Positions 24,898-34,988 of a stretch of 46,626 nt of DNA are shown here, piece after piece; the first letter of the stretch is position 1; the number at the start of each line of letters is the position of its first letter. The DNA comes from a virus. Made by a program: the position numbers and the translations under genes. The stretch is from the UHGV virus genome UHGV-0207793. The stretch is one strand, 5' to 3'. The notes beneath the pieces were generated by a model. The model was given only the letters and a program-made list of their open reading frames with translations, was not told the DNA's origin and did not search any database.

Positions 24898-25262
24898 AGC
24901 GAAAGCTCCTTCTTCACCACCGCGTCAATCTGGCTGCGGGTATCTTCGAAGCCCTTCGTTAAGAACTCCTTACGGGCCGTTGCTCGCGTGAAGTTCTGTT
25001 TCACTGCCGGGTCGTGAACATAAACCGCGTAGTTGGCTGAATAACCAACGCGCCCGGTTACCCTGGTGCCGTTAGCCATGATTTCGCGGAACTGGCTGTT
25101 GATAAGCGTCGACGTATCGATCGGGGTGTAAAGCGCAGCCTGCGCACTGCCAATAAGCATCGCAGACTGGATTGCTCGCACGACTTTACGCCCCTGGACG
25201 TCTTTGATGATGCGATCGAGGTTGGCCTTCGCCTGGCGGATGCCGCGAACTTTAGCGCCCAT
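24894..25262 (-). CDS. HK97 gp10-like tail-component protein, putative
   Basis: 122-aa ORF, translationally coupled. Confidence 0.4.
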   Translation of the reverse strand: MGAKVRGIRQAKANLDRIIKDVQGRKVVRAIQSAMLIGSAQAALYTPIDTSTLINSQFREIMANGTRVTGRVGYSANYAVYVHDPAVKQNFTRATARKEFLTKGFEDTRSQIDAVVKKELSL

Positions 25263-25264
25263 AA

Positions 25265-25627
25265 TCAGACTCCTGTCAAAATCGCATAGTCATCTGCCAG
25301 TCGCTCGAACGTGTCGGCGTAGCGGATTACCTGCCGTATCTCGTCGGCATCATCTGGAGGGGCTGCGGCTGCAGATGCACCAATGAGGATATAGTCACCA
25401 TCCCGCGCCTCAGCGTATTCACTCCATATCGTGTTTTTAACCACGATTTCCCGGCCGAGGTCACCGATTTTTGCAGAGAGACCACCCTGGTAGTCGCAGA
25501 GGATAGCGATCGGCGCTTCCCACCCGTACGGCTGACCTCCGCCGTCGGTATCACTACCGTCAGCATCGCGTATGCGCCGCCAGATTGTCGCCGTCGCGGT
25601 GTATGACCAATTAGCTACCGAAGACAT
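25265..25627 (-). CDS. head-closure / head-tail adaptor protein, putative
   Basis: 120-aa ORF. Confidence 0.4.
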   Translation of the reverse strand: MSSVANWSYTATATIWRRIRDADGSDTDGGGQPYGWEAPIAILCDYQGGLSAKIGDLGREIVVKNTIWSEYAEARDGDYILIGASAAAAPPDDADEIRQVIRYADTFERLADDYAILTGV

Positions 25628-25800
25628 CAGTCATCCCTCCATCGCAGCACAGCGGCGCCTGTGGCGCGTATTCGGTCGCAGTTGATGAACCACTCACCGT
25701 CGCTTTTCACGTACGCCGTCGTTTGTTGGCCGGTATCGGTGATCACCCACACCCGGGTAAACGTCCGCGGCAGCCGTTGCTGAACTGAAATCCAGGCCAT
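25627..25800 (-). CDS. 57-aa protein translationally coupled at both ends (MAWISVQQRLPRTFTRVWVITDTGQQ...)
   Basis: ATGA/TGATG overlaps with flanking genes; below the ORF-track size cutoff. Confidence 0.3.
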   Translation of the reverse strand: MAWISVQQRLPRTFTRVWVITDTGQQTTAYVKSDGEWFINCDRIRATGAAVLRWRDD

Positions 25801-26201
25801 CACTTACTCCCGCACATGCAACCGCCTCGACCTATCCAGATCCCAGCGAATGCCGGCGAGGCGGTAGGGTCTGCAGGAATCAGAGCGCTGGCGCATCCGT
25901 ATTTATCCAGACTGCGCAGCAGGTTTACGGATGCCTTCCATCTGTCTGAAAATGACTGATAACGGAATGAGCGGGATGCTCCGCTTGGCGCCGTCTGGCT
26001 GGAAATGTATTTATCCCCACTCCCGAGCCCCATCAGCGCTAGGAGGTAGAGCTGAATAAGCAAGGCTGTCGATGTCGGGTAATGTGCATCAAGGCAGTCC
26101 TGAATGCTGTTCGCCTCATCAACGAACGCCTGGAGTACAAAGTCAGGGATGGCAATCCCCTGACCTTCCAGATACTCCTTCGCTTGGTCGAGAGTTACCA
26201 T
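25800..26201 (-). CDS. head-tail connector (gp6-like) protein, putative
   Basis: 133-aa ORF first after the capsid-module terminator. Confidence 0.45.
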   Translation of the reverse strand: MVTLDQAKEYLEGQGIAIPDFVLQAFVDEANSIQDCLDAHYPTSTALLIQLYLLALMGLGSGDKYISSQTAPSGASRSFRYQSFSDRWKASVNLLRSLDKYGCASALIPADPTASPAFAGIWIGRGGCMCGSK

Positions 26202-26222
26202 TATCGGCTCCGTGAGAATGAA

Positions 26223-26264
26223 GCCCTGTTTTCACAGGGCATAAAAAAACCGCCTTAGCGGCGG
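26223..26264 (-). terminator. tandem hairpins (gccctg...cagggc; ccgcc-ttagc-ggcgg + T7) after capsid module
   Basis: minus-strand reading gives hairpin then TTTTTTT; likely attenuator between head and connector genes. Confidence 0.5.
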
Positions 26265-26267
26265 CTG

Positions 26268-26561
26268 TTATTCAGCAGGGAAAAGCTTTTCAAGTTCGCC
26301 ATCCGGCAACAGCTCACCAAGCTTTTCAGCCCCCAGGTTTCCTTTAAACTCGATGCCTAATTCCGTCAGGCGGGCCTGAATAATCTCTTTTCGAGATTTT
26401 GTATCAGTGCCTGCTTCTGGTGTTGCCGGAGAGAGTTCCCCACCTGCTTCGCCGCGCATGAGACGAACGTTTGACTTCAGGGCCGGATGAAGATTTTCAA
26501 GTTCAACAACCTGCCCCAGCGCTACGCCATTCCACGGGCGCACCACTTCGTATTTAGCCAT
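26268..26561 (-). CDS. hypothetical 97-aa head-module protein
   Basis: immediately downstream of major capsid gene. Confidence 0.45.
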   Translation of the reverse strand: MAKYEVVRPWNGVALGQVVELENLHPALKSNVRLMRGEAGGELSPATPEAGTDTKSRKEIIQARLTELGIEFKGNLGAEKLGELLPDGELEKLFPAE

Positions 26562-26570
26562 GCTGTTTCC

Positions 26571-27647
26571 TTACGCCAGGTTCGCGCCGTAGACAACGCC
26601 AGACAGGCCCTGATCGTCTGCAGTGATTTGCAGACCTTCAGCAGACATGATCTGGAAGTTGTAGTTAACGTTTGGCAGCGGGCGAGGTAGTGCAATAACG
26701 CCCTGAGCCATACCAACAAGCGGAGAAATCACATCGCGACGGCGGACGTAAGCAATGAACTCATTACCGGACAGAGCGAACGTTGGGCGGATTTCTTTAA
26801 CTGGCGCGAACGGCAGAACCGCCTGCAGAACATTGCCACTAATCACACCGTTCACTACGTACGGTTTTGCCAAGTTAGCCCAGATCTCATCAGATACCCA
26901 CATTACGTCATAGGAAGAAACCTTGTTGGCACGTGCCGTTGTTCCGAAAGCGCCCTTTCCGAAGAACTCAATGATCTGCTCAGTAGTGGCGGTAGTCAGA
27001 TCGATGTTTACGCCACCTGCGCCAGAGCCAAGGTTAATTTTCTTGGTGTTGCGGTGGTTTTTCATACCCTGGGCAGGATAACCCTGCACCTGAATATTGG
27101 CATCACCTGAAAGGTAATAAGCAACACGGCGCTTGTTTACTTTTTTGAGTTTCGCCATTTGCGAGTCGAGCACCAGATCTACACCAACCGAATTAAGACC
27201 TGCTGCGTGACGCCAGTTAACCCCATAGCCGGCGGTAAACACCGGAATAGGGTCGCCATCACTAGCATAGTCGGTGTGGTCAAAGGAGAACGGAGCCTGA
27301 CCGTCGATGCTCACAGAAACATCATCAGCAATATCGCCTACTACGTTATATAGCTTCGCCGTCTTGCCAACTGAAAGTACGGTCTGGACGCCCATCAGGT
27401 CATTGATGATTTCCATACCATCTTCCTGATCGCGTAGCTGCAGGATCTGGTTATCAATCTCAGCCCAGAAATCACGAGAAAAACCTCCAACAGCGTTACA
27501 TGCCAACATTTCTGGCGTCATGTGCGCGCGGTTGACAGCAATCATAGCGTCATGTTGCGCGTTCCACATGTTGCGGTTAGCCCACAACTCATTCCAGTGA
27601 GCGCCAAGGCGAGCATTAGTCGCCAGTGTCTCTTTAGAAAAGTACAT
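26571..27647 (-). CDS. major capsid protein
   Basis: 358 aa, position after scaffold/decoration genes, terminator downstream. Confidence 0.75.
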   Translation of the reverse strand: MYFSKETLATNARLGAHWNELWANRNMWNAQHDAMIAVNRAHMTPEMLACNAVGGFSRDFWAEIDNQILQLRDQEDGMEIINDLMGVQTVLSVGKTAKLYNVVGDIADDVSVSIDGQAPFSFDHTDYASDGDPIPVFTAGYGVNWRHAAGLNSVGVDLVLDSQMAKLKKVNKRRVAYYLSGDANIQVQGYPAQGMKNHRNTKKINLGSGAGGVNIDLTTATTEQIIEFFGKGAFGTTARANKVSSYDVMWVSDEIWANLAKPYVVNGVISGNVLQAVLPFAPVKEIRPTFALSGNEFIAYVRRRDVISPLVGMAQGVIALPRPLPNVNYNFQIMSAEGLQITADDQGLSGVVYGANLA

Positions 27648-27664
27648 ATGCGTTTGTCCTTTTG

Positions 27665-28114
27665 TTACGCGCCAGCTGCGGCGACAGTGCCAACGCGCAT
27701 GCGCACGCGAATGAAATCGGTAGTGCTGGCCGCGATGGTGTATTCATCCTGGCTGTATCCGATCACTGAATCAGTGTCATCGGTTGCCAGGGTAAACTGA
27801 CCAGCCGTCCCAAGTTTGATAGGGCTGTCTTTCTTATACGCACCAGGCAGGCAGCGTAACGCCAGCTCACGTCCCTCTTCGACATAGTTGCCGACCGCGG
27901 AATCACCGGCAGGAATTGCTTCGGTGATAGTCAGTCCTTGGTGGTAGCCGACATCGATAATGTACAGGCGGCCAGTTAGTGCGGTTGCCTGAGCAAATTT
28001 ATCAGAGGAGTTGATGGTGGCCGCGGTGCCAGGAAGAAGATCGGCAGCCGTGGTGCGGGTTTCGGTCTTGTAAAGAGACAGACCGTCGATATTAACGCGA
28101 CGATAACGTGCCAT
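27665..28114 (-). CDS. head decoration/accessory protein, putative
   Basis: 149-aa ORF between scaffold and capsid. Confidence 0.4.
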   Translation of the reverse strand: MARYRRVNIDGLSLYKTETRTTAADLLPGTAATINSSDKFAQATALTGRLYIIDVGYHQGLTITEAIPAGDSAVGNYVEEGRELALRCLPGAYKKDSPIKLGTAGQFTLATDDTDSVIGYSQDEYTIAASTTDFIRVRMRVGTVAAAGA

Positions 28115-28126
28115 TATTCCGGCTCC

Positions 28127-29392
28127 TTATTTAAAGTATTCAGATGCGGCAGGCGCGCCAGTTTCTTTCGGCTGCTGAGCATTGTTGGTTCCCAACGGAG
28201 CGGCTTCACCGATGGTTTTAAACATCGCATCCAGCGCTTCTCCAGACAGCGCATTGGCGACGATATCGCCGTGGACTTTCGCAACTGCTTCACGCTTGGT
28301 TTTTTCTTCAGCGCGGGAGTTGGCTGTCAGGGTTTCTGCCAGTTGCTGCTGATTGGCCTGCAGCGCATCAACCTTTTCTACAAGGGGCTTAATAGCCGCA
28401 TCGGTATTAGTCGCAACAGCCTGGCCGATCATGCTGCCGATTTGTTCCAGTTCTTCTTTGGTTAAAGGCATGTCGCCCTCCGTTTTGTGGTTTGGTGCAG
28501 GCTGTTCCTGCGGTGTGAATAGAGCTTTGAGTTTGTTAGTGACGACAGCCACCCACGACTCCTGTCGTGCAACTGCGGTGCCGGTATCGTCGAAGGTGAT
28601 AATCCCGCCTTCTGACTTGTAGCCAAACACCTCAGCATTGCCGCCGTTACGGATGATTACCGCTTGCGAGTCAGTGAAGTCAGCCACCCAGGCGTATTCG
28701 TCCTGGCCGGCCGCAAACTTAGCTTTGGCAGCTCTATCGAGGCGCTGCTCGCGCTCCCGGTAAGATTCTCCGATCAGCGCGCCAGAATTGGCTTTTAACG
28801 GCTTCGCCATGTCAGCGTTAACCATCAGGCCAACACCTTGCTCAGGGGTGGCCGCTCCGACCTCATGCAGAAGAATCGCGTCATGGTCCATGCTGTGGAT
28901 TTTTGCCACCCAATCAGCGCCTGTTGCGCGCTGCTGCTCATTTGGTTCAAGCTGGTCGAGGAATGCCGCCACACTGGTGTGAATGGGTGGGACGTCTTCA
29001 CCGCGCTCGATAGCCGCGACACGCTCAAGCAATTCTTTACCGCCTTCCGACTCGCCAGCGCGTGCCACATCGACCCACTTTTCGAGATAGATACGGTTAC
29101 CGGACTTCTTAACATTGCGGTTCCACGCACCGATATGGCCGGCATTGATACCCTCCGGTGAGAAGGCAGATACAAACTGACCGTTAACCTGCGGATGTCC
29201 CAGCGGCGCCAGGGTGCCTTCAAGCCCCTGATAATGGGCGTCGATTTCTTCCTGCGTGTACAGACCGCCATTCATGACGACATTGGCCGGCAGCGTGTAA
29301 CTCGGCAGCACCAGATGTTCACGACCGTTGTATGTTTCGCGCCGGATAGACTGGCTGTTCACCTTGGTGGTGATATTGACCTGCATAGGCAT
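28127..29392 (-). CDS. scaffolding / prohead-associated protein (C-terminal coiled coil)
   Basis: 421 aa; ALQANQQQLAETLTANSRAEEKTKREAVAK coiled-coil tail. Confidence 0.5.
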   Translation of the reverse strand: MPMQVNITTKVNSQSIRRETYNGREHLVLPSYTLPANVVMNGGLYTQEEIDAHYQGLEGTLAPLGHPQVNGQFVSAFSPEGINAGHIGAWNRNVKKSGNRIYLEKWVDVARAGESEGGKELLERVAAIERGEDVPPIHTSVAAFLDQLEPNEQQRATGADWVAKIHSMDHDAILLHEVGAATPEQGVGLMVNADMAKPLKANSGALIGESYREREQRLDRAAKAKFAAGQDEYAWVADFTDSQAVIIRNGGNAEVFGYKSEGGIITFDDTGTAVARQESWVAVVTNKLKALFTPQEQPAPNHKTEGDMPLTKEELEQIGSMIGQAVATNTDAAIKPLVEKVDALQANQQQLAETLTANSRAEEKTKREAVAKVHGDIVANALSGEALDAMFKTIGEAAPLGTNNAQQPKETGAPAASEYFK

Positions 29393-29394
29393 AG

Positions 29395-30321
29395 TTATTT
29401 CTCCGCCCAGGCGTAACCCCGCGCCTGCATCGTTTTGTATTCCTGTTTAAGTTTGGTGATGGTGTCCGGATAAATCGGCTTGCCCTCTTCATCGACTAAC
29501 ACTGACTGCTGAGTACACTTGCAGTTAATGCTGTTGGCATCCTTGCTGTACCAGTCACGGACCTCTTCATTTGTGTAGAGGTGTGCGTGACGCACGGCGT
29601 GGGTATGCCTGGTTGTCGGCGAGAGTGCAGAGATGTGAACCAGTAAAGTTTTCAGGCCGTATAGGTCGTTGGCCTCCTGATCTTCATCCCACTTAGCCCG
29701 GCGTAGCGCGGTAGTGACTTCGGTGCGGGCTATACGGTTCGCCCGGCGCTTCTCGATGCCAGTCTGATCTGTGAGGTTGCGAGCAATGTCTCGGGGATTA
29801 AGGCCGCGCCCTACGCCATCAGTCAGCACTCGCGCCATGTCGCGCTTAACGTCAGCAGTAAGGCCCTTCATTTCCTCAAAAACACGGGCATGCACCAACG
29901 CCATTCGTTGCTGGTATGGGTCGCTTGCAAGGATGGATGCCAGGGACTCACGTCCGGCGGCGTACACCGGCGACTGCTGACTAAGGTTGTAGAATGACTG
30001 TCCAGTGCCTTTCTCTGACGCCAAATCGACATACTCATAAAACCACAGGTCGTACTCGTTACCATCCAGAAGCACCTGATCAACCAGATAACTGGCATCA
30101 TTCAGGATGATGGAGAGTATCGTTGGGTTTAGCTGGTATTCGTATCTGGCGTTTACTGCGAGAGAGGAAGGTATTTTGTCGAGTGCTGCTTTGTACGCTT
30201 TGCCAATCTTATTCATCCGCCTGGCGAAGTCTTTCATCGCCCGGCGTTCCAGCGCATCAACTCCGGTCGGGTCCTGATAGTTACGCGGTAGAATCGGTGG
30301 CTTCGTCTTCTTCGCTGCCAT
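29395..30321 (-). CDS. minor head / head morphogenesis protein (MuF / SPP1 gp7-like)
   Basis: 308-aa ORF directly after portal. Confidence 0.65.
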   Translation of the reverse strand: MAAKKTKPPILPRNYQDPTGVDALERRAMKDFARRMNKIGKAYKAALDKIPSSLAVNARYEYQLNPTILSIILNDASYLVDQVLLDGNEYDLWFYEYVDLASEKGTGQSFYNLSQQSPVYAAGRESLASILASDPYQQRMALVHARVFEEMKGLTADVKRDMARVLTDGVGRGLNPRDIARNLTDQTGIEKRRANRIARTEVTTALRRAKWDEDQEANDLYGLKTLLVHISALSPTTRHTHAVRHAHLYTNEEVRDWYSKDANSINCKCTQQSVLVDEEGKPIYPDTITKLKQEYKTMQARGYAWAEK

Positions 30322-31630
30322 CCTCTTCTCCTAACGGTATTTCACCATCGTTTTCATAACCAGCGGCGGTACGAATTTCTTCGCGACTGAATGCCGGTTC
30401 TTCACCGCTTCCCATCATGGCCTGGTTTATCTCGCCCATAGTCTTAGCGTTGGTGAGCTTCTCGGTACCGGTCTGCTCGTTCAGGTCATCCCATACAACC
30501 GCTTTCTGACTGACGGCGTCGATGATTTGCAGGTCAATAAGCTTGTCGCAGAAGTCCTCAATCTCGAATGACAGATCTCCACGGCGTGACTGGCAACGCG
30601 AGTTGAAATATTTCTGGTCTTCAGTGCTGGAACGCTCGGCCTGTTGGTTGCCCACTAAGATGCGCGTGGGGATATCCACCCCGGCAGCGGCGGTCTGAAG
30701 GTTTACGTTGTATGTTGCCGTCGGGTCTGCTACCGAAGTCACCAGAGGGGTAACTGATGCGCCCTGTGTAGTCATCAGCACATCATTGCCACGGTTAATC
30801 TCACCCGCGACTTCGTTGAACTTGTCCTGCAACTCAGTGACAGTGACGCCGTAAAGCGAGGCAAGATTGTTGAAGTCGATTTCCTTTTCGAAATTGACGT
30901 TGAGTTGCCGCGCAGCGTTCTTCAGGAATGACTCGCCCGATCCGCCCTCTACTTTCTCCAGACTCACAAATGCGTTATATGCTGGCTCAAGGAACCCAAT
31001 TGCATCGTCTGAGTAATCGCCCAGGATGAAAATGCGATCGGGGTGGATATTGACGCGGCGGCTTGAACCATTCGGCAACCGTTCCGCGTACTGCCACATC
31101 TTGGGCTGGCCGTATGTCTTCGAGTTCAGGCCGGTATCCCACTCGCTAACCGTGAGCGATCCGGCCCACGCCACGGATATTTTCTGAAGTCCTCGGCCTT
31201 TGGTTACAGGAAGGTTCCAGTCCTTTTCATCGCGGACATGAAGGATGATGCCTGCATATCGACCTACAAGACGACGGCGATCTGCCTCTGCGAATGAGCG
31301 CCAAAACCGATTGGTGAATACCTGTTTTGACTTGCGCTCCCAGGCGGTTTCGTCTTCGCTCTCATCGGCATCATCACCCTCGATGATTTCCGGGTTTGTC
31401 TGCCAGCACTTGCCCACCAGTTTCTCAACAGCACCGTGAGCGATACCACCGCGCCGATACCGCGCGTAAAGGTTTTCGTAGGTGACCTGCTCAGGGAAAC
31501 CATACTCGCACCATGCTGAATGGCGCTTATTGTCCAGTCCCATCGTCGGTGCCATCAGTCCCATACGGGCACGCGCCATCCGCGCATCGTTCAACGCATG
31601 GTTGACGGCGAGTGTTAATTTGTCAGTCAT
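30281..31630 (-). CDS. portal protein
   Basis: 449 aa, acidic C-terminus, follows terminase. Confidence 0.8.
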   Translation of the reverse strand: MTDKLTLAVNHALNDARMARARMGLMAPTMGLDNKRHSAWCEYGFPEQVTYENLYARYRRGGIAHGAVEKLVGKCWQTNPEIIEGDDADESEDETAWERKSKQVFTNRFWRSFAEADRRRLVGRYAGIILHVRDEKDWNLPVTKGRGLQKISVAWAGSLTVSEWDTGLNSKTYGQPKMWQYAERLPNGSSRRVNIHPDRIFILGDYSDDAIGFLEPAYNAFVSLEKVEGGSGESFLKNAARQLNVNFEKEIDFNNLASLYGVTVTELQDKFNEVAGEINRGNDVLMTTQGASVTPLVTSVADPTATYNVNLQTAAAGVDIPTRILVGNQQAERSSTEDQKYFNSRCQSRRGDLSFEIEDFCDKLIDLQIIDAVSQKAVVWDDLNEQTGTEKLTNAKTMGEINQAMMGSGEEPAFSREEIRTAAGYENDGEIPLGEEDGSEEDEATDSTA

Positions 31631-31699
31631 GGTTTGTCCGTTCGTGGGATTTAGGCAATAAAAAAGGCCGCCGTAGCGACCTTTTCGTGAACTTTTAAT

Positions 31700-31966
31700 T
31701 TACTGTGTATTAAGCAAGTAATCGGAAATATTTTCCGCTAACAGCCCATATTTCTGAGCAGTAGGTATGAGAGTGCCATCCGCTAACGTTGAGACTTTTT
31801 TAGTCAAAATGTAATCCCTCACATACTGCTGGTGTATCAGAACTCCCGGGTTTTCTGCAATTACCTTTTCTAACGCTAGGTAGAATAGCCTTGCCTCACT
31901 GGGATGAGATTTATACCAGGTGTTTCTCTCAAGCCAAGCATCGAAATGATGAAGCCCAGAAATCAT
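31700..31966 (-). CDS. AT-rich moron: hypothetical 88-aa protein between terminase and portal
   Basis: AT-rich island 31690-32030 in otherwise GC-rich head module. Confidence 0.5.
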   Translation of the reverse strand: MISGLHHFDAWLERNTWYKSHPSEARLFYLALEKVIAENPGVLIHQQYVRDYILTKKVSTLADGTLIPTAQKYGLLAENISDYLLNTQ

Positions 31967-32027
31967 ATCGTTATCCTTCTCAGTTATGAGGGATATTCAA
32001 TATAACCTGTGGATTTTTATGTTCAAG

Positions 32028-33512
32028 CTATCGACCTTGTAGGCGCTTAGGAATCATCATGCCCATTGGCTGCGCGCCTCCGAGCTCAGTAAGTGCGTAT
32101 ACCATCGCGTCGAGACGGTCAGGCGACTTCTTGGCAGTTGCTGGCACATACTCCATCAGCTGATTTTCCAGCGTGTAAAGGTTGCCATGGTGTGCCACAC
32201 GCCCCTGTTCGTAGAGCGCCGATATCGGCTCCGCGCGCGCATACTTTCCTTTACTAGCATGCACACGAATGATGCGCCCCTTAAACCCGGCGTTACGCAG
32301 CGTTTCTTCCGCCATATCGCCGCCCTGGTTGGTCTCGATAACGATCGCATCAGCGCCGTGTTCCTCATATGCCCACATTGCCTTTTTGGCCCAGCCTGCA
32401 GGAGAGAATTTTCCACTGTAATCTCCGTCAACGGTGTACTGCTTCTTATCACCCGCACCGTATGCACTAGCAACCACGATTCCCGACTCGTCGCTTTCGT
32501 CGCTGTTGGTTGCCTGCGGGTCAATCGCAACGACAGTGCGTACCTTGTCGTGATGAATTTGCAGATCACGTGCTGCGCTGATCATCACCTCTGTCCACAG
32601 CGCGCCCTCAGCATTAAACCGTCGAGGCTTCTGCATATACTGGGCTTCGGCAGTGCGCCGGTGAGAAAATAGCGATACGCGGTGCGATTCGTTATGTTTG
32701 AAAGGCCAGAGCCAGCCATCAGGCAGGCCGTGGTCAATCGGTATAGCGTGTGTGTTTTCTGGGTACTGCGCAGCGTATGGCTGACTATTGTCGATAATCA
32801 CCGGCAGATTCAGGTGATGCCATTTCTCACCACTCCCACCACGCAACAGATAGCCGCTCAGATCGTGGTAGTGGATTCGTTGCATGATGACAATCATTGG
32901 CGTCGTCTCGATCGCCAGTCGTGATTTGATTGTCTCGTTGAAACGGTTGTTGACTCCGTCTCGGACGGTCTCAGAGTAAGCGTCATCCGGCTTAACTGGG
33001 TCATCGATAATCAGAGCGCCCTGCCACCCAGGCTCCATGTGTCCTGCGCGGAACCCGGTAACCTGCCCTGCCGCTGAAGATGCGTAAACGCCACCGCCGT
33101 GCTCGGTCCACCACATCGCCTTGCTGTCTGCGTCATCGCGCAGCGCCATTGGCCACATGGACTGGTACGCCTGCGACTTAATCATGCCGCGAGCGGTTGA
33201 GGAGTTCAGCAGCGCCAGGTTGTGCGAATAGGACAGGTGCATGAAGCGTGCCCGGCAATTCAGCGCCAGACCGCGCCCCATCATATTGATGGTTGCAAGT
33301 TCCGTTTTCGTGTAACCAGGAGGGATGTTGATAATCAGGCGCTGAATCTCACCTTCAATGACGCGGTCCAGTGTTTTCTGAATCACCTTGTGGTGAGGCG
33401 CAACTATCATCTTGCCGCCGGTGCGCTGCTTGAAGAAATAGCGAGCGTAGTAAAGCCCGTCCTCCTCACATTCCACCTTTCTGGCAAACGCCTTTTGCTC
33501 AGCAGTCGTCAT
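32028..33512 (-). CDS. terL: terminase large subunit
   Basis: 494 aa; N-terminal ATPase region (RLIINIPPGYTKT) and C-terminal nuclease region. Confidence 0.9.
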   Translation of the reverse strand: MTTAEQKAFARKVECEEDGLYYARYFFKQRTGGKMIVAPHHKVIQKTLDRVIEGEIQRLIINIPPGYTKTELATINMMGRGLALNCRARFMHLSYSHNLALLNSSTARGMIKSQAYQSMWPMALRDDADSKAMWWTEHGGGVYASSAAGQVTGFRAGHMEPGWQGALIIDDPVKPDDAYSETVRDGVNNRFNETIKSRLAIETTPMIVIMQRIHYHDLSGYLLRGGSGEKWHHLNLPVIIDNSQPYAAQYPENTHAIPIDHGLPDGWLWPFKHNESHRVSLFSHRRTAEAQYMQKPRRFNAEGALWTEVMISAARDLQIHHDKVRTVVAIDPQATNSDESDESGIVVASAYGAGDKKQYTVDGDYSGKFSPAGWAKKAMWAYEEHGADAIVIETNQGGDMAEETLRNAGFKGRIIRVHASKGKYARAEPISALYEQGRVAHHGNLYTLENQLMEYVPATAKKSPDRLDAMVYALTELGGAQPMGMMIPKRLQGR

Positions 33513-33978
33513 CCTCCATCATCTCCTGCCGTGCGGACTTGTATTCCTCTTTGCTCATGGTGATCGTCTGAATGGCGCCACCATTTGGGCCGGAATGTTC
33601 AAACTTGTGCTTATTGGTGTAGGCGTCACCCATTTCTTTGGCGGCCTGCTCGATAAGCTGCGAGGTCATGCCGTAGTTCTTCATCTTTTCAGCATTGGTC
33701 GCCATTCGGTCGAGAACGCGCAGCCGATACGCTTTATTTGCGATCGGGATGTCGGCGATCTCATTCTGGAATCGTTTGCGAGTGGCGTTGAACAGGTCAA
33801 TCCACTTCTGGCTCAACTTGGCCGCCATTGCGTTGCCGGGAGTATATTGCGACACCTGCTGCCGCGAGACATCGATGCCATATTCAGCCTTTACAAGCTC
33901 AATGATTTTTGTCGGGCTTTCGAAACAGGCCAGCGACTGAACGATGAAGGCTTTAACCTCTGTCGATAATGCTGCCAT
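33499..33978 (-). CDS. terS: terminase small subunit
   Basis: 159-aa ORF overlapping terL start. Confidence 0.6.
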   Translation of the reverse strand: MAALSTEVKAFIVQSLACFESPTKIIELVKAEYGIDVSRQQVSQYTPGNAMAAKLSQKWIDLFNATRKRFQNEIADIPIANKAYRLRVLDRMATNAEKMKNYGMTSQLIEQAAKEMGDAYTNKHKFEHSGPNGGAIQTITMSKEEYKSARQEMMEDDDC

Positions 33979-34008
33979 CGGTTACCTCCATGACAATCCA
34001 AATAAAGC

Positions 34009-34662
34009 CTATGCCAGTTTCAGCATGCACGTCCCACACGCTCTGGCAACATCGATTTGCGCAACCTCCGCCGGCCTGTTCGCCGCATCAACCATTTCCT
34101 GCACGTCTTTGCTGGCGCCGTAACGCCGTACAACTCCGACGAACTCCTCGACGTCATGGCCGCGAAGTTTGAGCACCGGCATTCCGGTCTCTTTGTTGAA
34201 CTTCGGCGCGCCATAGTCATCGGTAGCCTGGGCGATGTGGTAAAGCTCATGCTCAACCAGAGCGCAGAACTCCAGATCGTTGCATTGCTCGCAGTAGTCA
34301 GCAGCCAGGGTGATGATGAACTTCGGTATGCGACCGAACCATTCAAGCATCTGCTGCTCCATGCGGGACTTCTGCCAGCCTCCGGCACGCATAATTACCT
34401 GCTCACACTGACCCAGCACAATGCGCCCGCTTTTAGCGAATGAGCCAGAGGCCCACATAAACGCGACATCAGCATCGACCAAGTGCGCATGGTCAGGGTT
34501 ATGGATTCGGCCGTCTTCGGTGAGGATGTTCTGATTTACCCATTCGCCAATTTCGGGAGCAGGGATAAGCCGGGTGTAAGGCAACCAGTTCTCACCAGTG
34601 AAATTGACAGGGGGATATGGCCTAATCACTGTGCTATCAGCCATATTAGCCTCCAATAACAC
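34009..34662 (-). CDS. HExxH-motif putative zinc metallopeptidase (phage-associated, unknown role)
   Basis: EHELYHIAQ motif; between lysis cassette and terS. Confidence 0.5.
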   Translation of the reverse strand: MLLEANMADSTVIRPYPPVNFTGENWLPYTRLIPAPEIGEWVNQNILTEDGRIHNPDHAHLVDADVAFMWASGSFAKSGRIVLGQCEQVIMRAGGWQKSRMEQQMLEWFGRIPKFIITLAADYCEQCNDLEFCALVEHELYHIAQATDDYGAPKFNKETGMPVLKLRGHDVEEFVGVVRRYGASKDVQEMVDAANRPAEVAQIDVARACGTCMLKLA

Positions 34663-34769
34663 GCTAAAATATAACCAGTATCTCAGGCATCGTTTTTGCG
34701 TGGTGTATACTATCTTGACAGCATTTTATTAAATCAAGCCCTAGATAACCGCACAGCAGGAGGCTTTAA

Positions 34770-34988
34770 ATGACTGATGAATATAAAAAGAAAATTGGGA
34801 TTCCAGATAACCATACTCTCGAGGAAGTATCTTCCACCTGGAAGGGGCCACGAAGAGGTCAAGATACTGATGAATATCTTCTACGTGAGCTCGACGAAAA
34901 TGGAGAAGTAGTTGCTCACTATGAAGTATATGACTCAACTTCAACTTACCCGCCGTTTGGTCGTTCGATTACATACAAAAAAGTCTAA
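34770..34988 (+). CDS. AT-rich moron on opposite strand: hypothetical 72-aa protein
   Basis: + strand ORF within the minus-strand late operon; TTGACA upstream; AT-rich. Confidence 0.45.
   Translation: MTDEYKKKIGIPDNHTLEEVSSTWKGPRRGQDTDEYLLRELDENGEVVAHYEVYDSTSTYPPFGRSITYKKV

Noticed and set aside
24497-24991. + strand ORFs 24497-24991 and 23679-24497
   Set aside because: Antisense to major tail and tail-completion genes
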